Positions 55,597-64,000 of a DNA stretch of 64,000 bases are shown one piece after another. This DNA comes from Octopus sinensis (taxonomy: Eukaryota). The notes under the pieces were generated by a model. That model worked only from the letters and a program-made list of their open reading frames with translations, did not search any database and was not told where the DNA came from. The translations under genes and the position numbers were made by a program. The stretch's first letter is position 1, and every line of letters starts with the position of its first letter. Location: the NCBI RefSeq assembly GCF_006345805.1, contig NC_043006.1:4898001-4962000 (forward strand), written 5' to 3'.

Positions 55597-55931
55597 TAAA
55601 ATACAAAATGGGACAAGAACGCAAAACATCCGGACAACTAGGTGATACAAAAAGGGGACAACAAAACATCCAGATAGACAATACAAAGAAAAAACAAGGA
55701 CGGGTCATTCGAAGCTTCCTATCCTCAGTCAAGAACCGGATCATCCTCACAATTTCAGCTGCAAGATTAATCGGCCGAAATTGCGAGGATGATCCGGTTC
55801 TTGACTGAAGATAAAAAACCTCGAATGACCCGTCCTTGTTTTTTTGTATCGTCTATCTGGATGTTTTGTTGTCCCTTTTTGTATCACCTAGTTGTCCGGA
55901 TGCTTTGCGTTCTTGTCCCATTTTGTATTTT
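55597..55931. repeat. Inverted pair of a ~160-bp element with a 10-bp spacer
   Basis: 55597-55761 is the reverse complement of 55772-55931. Same family as 20960-21078. Confidence 0.9.
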
Positions 55932-55944
55932 GTATATACATATA

Positions 55945-56012
55945 TGGCGGTGCCCAAATGGCGGTGCCCCAGCATGGCTACAGCTCGTGAGCTGAAACTA
56001 GATAAAATAAGA
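55945..56012 (+). mobile_element. Solo LINE 3'-tail fragment
   Basis: GGCGGTGCCCCAGCATGGCTACAGCTCGTGAGCTGAAACTAG matches the LINE tail at 61915-61960 (-). Confidence 0.7.
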
Positions 56013-56059
56013 AATATATATATAGCGGCGTACGTACACTTTGTTCTCTGTGTGTGTGC

Positions 56060-56103
<44 letters not shown>

Positions 56104-56125
56104 CAAAATGGGACAAGAACACAAG

Positions 56126-56162
<37 letters not shown>

Positions 56163-56163
56163 A

Positions 56164-57560
56164 CTAGCAGTATCGCCCGACGTTGCTCGGGTTTGTAAGG
56201 GAAATAACTATAAAGCATTTTTAGAGAGTTATAGCCAAAAAACAGCAAAAAGTGCATTAAGAATGGAAAAAAAATTATAATAAATTTTTTTTAAATCGTT
56301 GACTCATCGTAGACATTTTTAGAGAGTTACTTCCCTTTATTTAAAAATATGCTTTAAAATGGAAAAAAATGATGTTAAATTATTTTTAAAATCGTAGACT
56401 CATCGTAGACGCGCGCTAATACCCAGAAGGGCTCGATATGAATCACAACTATAAGATACCCGGTTTTGGTTAAACTGTACCGCAAAATGTGGGAGTAGTT
56501 AAGAATCTAAATCGAAGGGGACAGACACTCACCCAACTTCACTTTTATATATATAGACTAGCAGTATCGCCCGGCGTTGCTCGGGTTTGTAAGGGAAATA
56601 ACTATATAAGCATTTTTAGAGAGTTACTTCCCTTATAGATGCCAATTCGGGCTTTCTTAGCCATTTCTGCTTTGGTGTCTTCAAGCCATGAAGTCGTTGT
56701 TCTAAAATAACGCTGGTCTCCTTGACAACGCTTTACGACGTTGATTTCCTTAAACTCCCTTCCCCACAGCTTCACGAGGGAGGGAAGAAGGGGGAGAAGC
56801 AAACACAGGTGCAGGTGTTTGAGCGTGGACGCCAACTCCGCCGCCATCGACACACGAAAAATTATGCATTAAAATGGAATAAAAAATGATGTTAAATTAT
56901 TTTTAAAACCGTAGACTCATCGTAGACGCGCGCTAATACTCAGACGGGCTCGATATGAATCACGACTATAAGATACCCGAATTTGGTTAAACTGCACCGC
57001 AAAATGTGGGAGTAGTTAGGAATCTAAATCGAAGGGGACAGACACTCACACAACTACAGTTTTATATATACTAGCAGTATCGCCCGACGTTGCTCGGGTT
57101 TGTAAGGGAAATAACTATATAAGCATTTTTAGAGAGTTACTTCCCTTATAAATTCGGGCTTTCTTAGCCATTTTTGTTTTGGTGTCTTCAAGCCATGAAG
57201 TCGTTGTTCTAAAAGAACGCTGGTTTCCTTCACAACGCATTACGACGTTGATTTCTTTACACTCCCTTCCCCACAGCTTCACGAGGGAGGGAAGGGGGAG
57301 AAGCAAACAGGTGCAGCTGTGAGCGTGGACGCCAACTCCGCCGCCATCGACATACGATGCATTTTATGCATTAAAATGGAATAAAAAATGATGTTAAATT
57401 ATTTTTAAAATCGTAGACTCATCGTTGACGCGCGCTAATAGTCAGACGGGCTCGATATGAATCACGACTATAAGATACCCGAATTTGGTTAAACTGCACC
57501 GCAAAATGTGGGAGGAGTTAGGAATCTAAATCGAAGGGGACAGACACTCACACAACTAGA

Positions 57561-57570
<10 letters not shown>
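56164..57570 (-). mobile_element. Head-to-tail trimer of non-autonomous Helitrons (56164-56557, 56558-57070, 57071-~57570)
   Basis: Each unit begins on the + strand with CTAGCAGTATCGCCCG.CGTTGCTCGGG (3' CTAG plus hairpin on the - strand). The body matches 43205-43595. Confidence 0.9.
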
Positions 57571-57610
<40 letters not shown>

Positions 57611-58479
57611 AAGTAGAGAGGGAATGGGGAAGGATAGTTGAGGTAGATGTTCATTTTGAATGGTTTTCACTAAGTATAAGCATAATTCAAATTAGAATTT
57701 ATTCAAATTAGAATGCTTATTGCTATTAAAGTAACTCCCTATAAGTTGTTCAGTTTTGGAATACCAGCTGTATAACCACTTCGTGTTTATGTTCAGTTAT
57801 GATAAAAACAATCTTACATTAATCTTACATTAATGGGTTATTCTATACTTTTGTAGAATTCAAATTTACTATTCTTATACAAGAATGTTGTTGACAGTGG
57901 CTTCGAAGTTTCGGCCAGCTATATGGATAATATTGTTCAATTTGGCGGCTTGAACAGCAAAATGTTGCTGGGCTATAAATGAGCGAACATCAAGGCCAGA
58001 ATAAGAAAGGTACAGAAAAAAAAAACAACAAAAAAACGACAGGTTCTCTTGACTGAACGGGGAAAAGGAAGAGTTATGAAGAGAACGGGGAAAATATATA
58101 AACAGAAAGGTAAGAATAGCAAAGAAAAATGTAAATACACAAAAAACAATATTTGTACACAAAAACAGTCTTTCGGCTATACGATAGACATAAACAGGAC
58201 ATGTGTGAAAGCAACGCTAATAAAAAAGTACGAGGTCCTTTCAATTTAGAAAGGACGTGTGTAGAAAAGCAAAATACACCTAAGCAAAAGAAGAATTGAA
58301 ATAAATTTAAAATCTTAGGCGTAGGAGTGGCTTGAATATATAGACACACACATAGAGACACATTGATACCAACACACGCACATGCATATGAATATATACA
58401 AACATACACATATACAGGCATATATACACAAATATATGCATATATACTTGTATGTAAGAATACATACATAAGTATATAT

Positions 58480-59330
58480 GTATATATGTTATTGATTTTT
58501 TATTTCAAGATTTCTTGCCAATAGAGAAAGAGCTGGTTTCTAACCTAGATTCAAAGCTCTTTCATTGGAATTTCAACATTAACAACAGGGTATTTTTGTT
58601 TGTATGTAGGTATGTATATGTACAGATTTGTATGTTTTGCTTTGTGTATGTATTCTCATGCATATAGTTGCATATCTTGACATGCTCATATATATTTAAA
58701 TGCTAGACTTCTGGAAAGTTTTTAAAATGTTTACAGTTCTAGAGATGGATTGGATCTGTAGTTTTCGAATTAGCTTTCTCCTTTCTGGTTTTCAGAAGCC
58801 TAAATTCGTAAGATTTGTATTTAGGCAGTATGTTACATAACCAGGGCCCTAATAATTACAGGTATAAACCTGAACTTCTAACTTGGATAGTGTAACAGCA
58901 GATTTCTCAATAGTTCAGCGTAGGTGTTCTTTTCACTGATCTTCAGCTTTATGTTAACATCCGCTGGGCAGCTAATTTCCACAACTGTGCAGAGTTTCTC
59001 TTTATCCCAAATCATTATATCAGGTCCGTTGTCCTTACATTTTATTGAGGACTTCACTGGGACATTCCACCAGTACCCCTCTTTATTATGAGTGGTTATG
59101 GCTTCTACCATACTATGGGTTCTTATTTCTTTGTCCTCGGAGTTATCCTTCCGACGGATTTCATTATAGAGTGTCTTAGCTACAACATCATGTCTCATGG
59201 GTAGATATACCGTGATGATATTTTCGGACAACTGTTTATGATGTGGATGATATCTTCGGTGTTAACTCCATAAAGTCTGCATCGGCTGTCACATTTTACT
59301 GCTTTTTCTGCATCTCTTTCCCAACCAACG
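58480..59330 (-). pseudogene. R4/Dong-like LINE 3' end (Zn knuckle, RLE domain, 3' UTR)
   Basis: CRLYGVNTEDIIHIINSCP, YLPMRHDVVAKTLY, WWNVPV..PDIMIWDKEKLCTVVEISCP..EK..Y, FRFIPVII. Confidence 0.85.
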
Positions 59331-59412
59331 TGAGCCTCTACCTGGTCACTCAACCTGTTAGAAGAGGCAGCAAAATCACCCTTAAATTACACGTTAACGT
59401 TTTGTATATATT

Positions 59413-59703
59413 GTTGTTTCTTCCTTTTCAAGCCATCCCTGGCTCATAAGGGCCGGTTTCCCGGTTTCATTAGCGTATAGGTTCCCCACCTGGGCACCTG
59501 GGCGGGACGCCGGTCTGTCATAGGTGAGCTGCTAGATGCAAGAGGAAAGAGTGAGAGAAGGTTGTGGAAAAAGAGTCAGCAGAAGTCGCTATTACCATCT
59601 GCCGGAGCTGCGTGGAGCTTAGGTGTTTCGCTCATAAGTGCACACATCACCCGATCTGAGATTCGAACCGGCGATCCCTCGACCGCGAGTCCGCTGCCTC
59701 CAC
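59413..59703 (-). mobile_element. SINE with an H1-like head and tail W
   Basis: TSD TTTGTATATATT at 59401-59412 and 59704-59715; tail GACCGGCGTCCCGCCCAGG..GAAACCGGGAAACCGGCCC. Confidence 0.85.
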
Positions 59704-59715
59704 TTTGTATATATT

Positions 59716-60046
59716 CTTAAAAAAAGACTCCGTCGGTTACGACGACGAGGGTCCCAGCTGATACGATCAACGGAACAGCTTGCTCGTGAAATTAACGTGC
59801 AAATGGCTGAGTATTCCACAGACACGTGTACCCTTAACGTAGTTCTCGGGGATAATCAGCGTGACGCAGAGAGTGACAAGGCTGACCCTTTGAAATACAA
59901 GTACAACTCATTTTTGCCAGCTGAGTGGACTGGAGCAACGTGAAATAAAGTGTCTTGCTCAAGGACACAACGCGTCGCCGGGAATCGAACTCACAACCTT
60001 ACGATCATGAGCCGAATGCCCTAACCACTAAGCCACGCGCCCTCAC
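59716..60046 (-). mobile_element. SINE with head H2 and tail Y, full length
   Basis: Reverse complement of 43769-44095; TTGTATATATT at 59705-59715 and 60047-60057. Confidence 0.9.
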
Positions 60047-60749
60047 TTGTATATATTAAATAATCTTATTTATCCTAAAATATGTGGTAGTTACGGTTGG
60101 AATTTTTTTTTAACCAAGGCGTTCTGCTCGATTAGATTTCATCTGCTGTTAATCAATAGTGACATGTATGTGCATGTAAATCATTTGTAATTAACACAAT
60201 TATGCTCCAATTTTGACATTGTTAATATTTCTATTTTATTAATCCTAAATCAGAGATAATCGTTGGAAAGTGTTTTTAGAAGACAATATGTCCTAAGCGG
60301 AACTCTATTCCCAAATGCTAAAGTATCTGACTTCTCAGTTGTCAATTTATCATCCAGCTAACCAGTAATACAGATAAAATAGAAGCTACGAGACTAATTT
60401 AAAAGATATATTTCGGAATATTTTTTGTTTTCTTTCAAACAGGAGCAATTATTTTTAATCTTAAATAAACTAATGATTGCGCAGCTGCAAAAAATAAGAG
60501 GCCATGCAGAAGGATGTGATTTAATACAGTGTTTTGAGATGTGTGAAAAGTAAAGTGATAGGGTGTAACTAAAGTTGAGTTTATTTTATTGAGGTACGGA
60601 GTTAATAAGCGTACCCTGATGTCAAACTTTATCCATGTCAAGTTGGATAATGATATTTTCATTGAGATTTCTTTTAATGATGCCTACAAAGGAAGACATT
60701 CAGATACTATTTGTCAATTTCTCAACCAAAGTTTGCATATGCATTTATA

Positions 60750-60945
60750 ATATTGGTTTCACATTTTGGCACAAAGCCACCAATTTCGAAGTAACGGGTA
60801 AGTCGATTACATTGACTCCATTGACGTGGTGCTTGGTTTATCGACTTCAAAAGGATAAAGGCAAAGCCGACTTCGGTGGAATTTGAACTCAGAACGTAAA
60901 AACGAACGAAATGTCACGAAGTATTTTGCCAGTGTGCTTACGATA
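60750..60945 (-). mobile_element. Degenerate SINE family B
   Basis: GGAATTTGAACTCAGAACGTAAA block and TTTTGGCACAAAGCCAC tail. Confidence 0.75.
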
Positions 60946-61189
60946 AGGCCATAAATATTTTCCTACAAGTTTAATAAAAACAAGTTTATGGGACTAAATT
61001 GTAAAAATATGGATTTTAAAATTTATGATTAGCATCGACGTTTTACACAGTTTATCAAAGTAAGATAACAACACAGTCTATTATATTAAGGGTGAGGCGT
61101 GAGAATATTTTAATCAACTAAAATTATACATATACTTGTAGGAAATCGGTCATCGGTGCAGTCTTCTGCTAGTCATTTAGAGAAGTAAA

Positions 61190-61375
61190 TAGAAAAATAA
61201 ATGTTCCTTCTCGAGCGATGCCAGGCTCATAAGAGCCAGTTTCCCCGGTTTCAGAGGCGTAGAAATTCCCCACCCGCCGGTCCGTCGCAGGATTACTCAT
61301 TTTTGCCTGCCGAGTGGACTGGAGCAACGTGAAATGAAGTGTTTTACTCAAGAACACAACACATCGCCCGGTCCC
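61190..61375 (-). mobile_element. SINE with head H2 and tail W, 5'-truncated
   Basis: CTTGAGTAAAACACTTCATTTCACGTTGCTCCAGTCCACTC followed by CCTGCGACGGACCGGCG..GAAACCGGGGAAACTGG. Confidence 0.8.
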
Positions 61376-61436
61376 GTAGCTTCTATATCTATATATATAT
61401 ATATATATATATTTATAATATTAATAATATATATAT

Positions 61437-61479
<43 letters not shown>

Positions 61480-61513
61480 TAATATAATATATAATATATA
61501 TATATATATAATG

Positions 61514-61546
<33 letters not shown>

Positions 61547-61605
61547 GATACATACATACATATATATATATATTATACTATATATTATTATACATATATA
61601 TATAC

Positions 61606-61662
<57 letters not shown>

Positions 61663-61713
61663 TATATAGATATATAGATATAGATATATAATATACATAA
61701 TATTATACATATA

Positions 61714-61758
<45 letters not shown>

Positions 61759-61779
61759 ATATATATATACATATATATT

Positions 61780-61810
<31 letters not shown>

Positions 61811-61883
61811 CAATATATATACACATATATATATAATTATATATATACATATATAATATACACCACACATATATATATATATA

Positions 61884-62752
61884 TTGATTTGATTTTGATT
61901 TTGATTTTGATTTTTTTTCCAGTTTCAGCTAATGAGCTGTGGCCATGCTGGGACACCGCCATTTGGTTTGCTACACGGGTTTACCTCACGGATGCTTTTT
62001 AGCAAACGCACCTGATGCATGAGAGAGTTCGATGCAGCTGCCCTCATCTGCACCTCCTGCCGTGAAGTTGGTTCATCCGGGACACCTGACAGGAAGAGAT
62101 CCAGTCCTACTTTAAAGACATCCGCATCTACACCATGCAGGTCCCTCAGGTTCTTCGGGAGGACATTGAAGAGCCGTGGGCCTCTGAAGCCCAGGCTATC
62201 ACAATATCTTGTCCTACATCTTGATGGCAAATTTGGAGTCCTTGGTACTACGCAGAGTGGCGTCCGGTTCTGGCGTTTGTGTGACTCTCGATGCCAAAGT
62301 GAGACAAGACCTTCCAGGATCTTCCAGATATATATTATGGCATATCTTTCTCGCCTACGCTCCAGGAAGGAATAGAGCTTTAATCTCTTGAGTCTCTCCC
62401 AGTAGCTCGTATGCTGCACAGAGGCATCTTCTTCGTGTGCTTCGTTGGATCGCCTCAAGTTCTGTGATCAACTTGACACTGGATGGTGACCTAGCTGAGA
62501 GAGCAATAGTCAAAGTGGCTAGAGACAGTGTCTTCCAGAGGACCATCATGGTTTCTTGTTTTCTTGTTCTAAAGGTTCTAAGAATCCATCCAGCCAGCCG
62601 TCTGCATTTCATTGTCAGTTTAGCAACATGTACATGAAAGGTCGCGTCATCACTCATGTGTGATACCCAGGTCACGCACTGATTGTGCCTCTGGGATTGC
62701 AATCCTTCCGGGTCCAGTGTATTCATTGGGTATTGCATGCAGTTTTGCATAT
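61884..62752 (-). mobile_element. CR1/L2-group LINE 3' end (ORF2 C-terminus, 3' stem-loop, (AAAATC)n tail), 5'-truncated and lying inside a (TA)n field
   Basis: [35 protein letters not shown].., [69 protein letters not shown]. Confidence 0.9.
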
Positions 62753-62754
62753 AT

Positions 62755-62792
62755 GTGTATATATATATATATATACACATATATATATATAT

Positions 62793-62828
<36 letters not shown>

Positions 62829-62843
62829 CACATATATATATAA

Positions 62844-62881
<38 letters not shown>

Positions 62882-62882
62882 C

Positions 62883-62913
<31 letters not shown>

Positions 62914-63190
62914 CATATATACATATATATATATATATACATATATATACATATATATAAATACATATATAATATATATAGATATATTATATATATATAT
63001 ATATATATTACATATATATATATACATATATATATATAACATATATATAAACATTATATATACATATATATATATACACACATATATATTATATACACAC
63101 TATATATATATATACATATATATATACATACATATATATATATATATATATATTATATAATATATATATATTATTACATATATATATATA
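62755..63190. repeat. (TA)n field; another lies at 61385-61883
   Basis: Directly visible. Confidence 0.95.
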
Positions 63191-64000
63191 TAATTAATCA
63201 AATAGGGTGGCAAAAAATTTTGTAGAATTTTTTTGCCACAGCGGCCTAGTGGGAAAAAATTAAATAGTCATAGACCATTTTTAATTCAACATCACAATCA
63301 AGGAACGGCCATAATAGGCCATTCACCCACTAGAAATAACAGCCAAAAGCTTCAACCGCAAAATAACATCAATTCCGTAAACCAGGAGAAAATTAAAAAA
63401 CTTTACCCTGTAATTTCTTATACGATGCACCGTTTCATCCACTGTTTAATGGTAAACTAACCTGATTAAATTAAATCAAGCCAATCTACCATAGCCCTTA
63501 GATTCATCATCAGTAAGAAATAGCCAAGTCGGAACAGATATTTTTCACGAGGCATTCCCGTCCCTGCCTCGGCAATATCTGACCTAAAATTTTCAAATCA
63601 TCGCACTCGCGCCAAATTTATCGCAGCAAATAAATATAAGCCGCCGATTCCATTACGGAATTAACCAGAAAACTCATAATTAATCAATATAGGGTGGCAA
63701 AAAATTTTGTAGAATTTTTTTGCCACCAGCGGCCTAGTGGGAAAAAATTAAATAGTCATAGACCATTTTTAAGTTCAACATCACAATCAAGGAACGGCCA
63801 TAATAGGCATTCACCCACTAGAATAACAGCCAAAAGCTTCAACCGCAAAATAACATCAATTCCGTAAACCAGGAGAAAATTAAAAAACATTTACCCTGTA
63901 TTTTCTTATACGATGCACCGTTCATCACTGATGATGTAATGGAAACTAACCTGATTAAATTAAATCAAGCCAATCTAACATAGGCCCTTAGATTCATCAG
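63191..64000. repeat. Tandem repeat with a ~487-bp unit (63191-63676; second unit from 63677 runs off the window end)
   Basis: TAATTAATCAA..AGGGTGGCAAAAAATTTTGTAGAA.. restarts at 63677. The copies differ mainly by small indels. Confidence 0.95.
63413..63521 (-). ncRNA. Type I hammerhead ribozyme motif with extended stem II
   Basis: Minus strand: stem I ATTTCTTA, core CTGATGA(+TGA), stem II ATCTA..[19-bp hairpin]..TGGAT, core GAAA, stem III C-GGTGCATC-G, cleavage triplet GTA, stem I' TAAGAAAT (8 bp, perfect). The second copy at 63902-64000 has the uninterrupted CTGATGA-ATCTA. Confidence 0.75.

Noticed and set aside
56602-57306. Duplicated 83-aa and 63-aa ORFs (LVKLWGRE..)
   Set aside because: They lie in the internal segment of non-autonomous Helitron copies and have no Rep or helicase motifs.

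Overview
This is AT-rich, repeat-saturated eukaryotic DNA, intergenic or intronic. The SINE families and the extreme (TA)n/(CA)n/(TATG)n/(TATC)n microsatellite load suggest a coleoid cephalopod, probably Octopus (inference). I found no convincing host exon and no intact ORF; most ORF-track entries are microsatellite translations. The window holds more than 25 tRNA-derived SINE copies with mix-and-match heads and tails, and a near-complete Tc1-type element with TIRs and DD36E spacing. It also holds a DD34E Tc1 remnant, a deleted mariner, non-autonomous Helitrons (including a head-to-tail trimer), Penelope-like RT/GIY-YIG remnants, six R4/Dong-like RLE-LINE fragments, and a CR1/L2-group LINE 3' end sharing a covarying stem-loop tail with the main SINE. 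The most notable signal is a ~487-bp tandem repeat at 63191-64000. Its minus strand encodes a type I hammerhead ribozyme with an extended, G-U-rich stem II, making it a candidate retrozyme or circular-RNA-producing element. Three short microsatellite-embedded elements carry degenerate minimal hammerhead-like motifs. Boundaries of degenerate elements are approximate and were read by eye.
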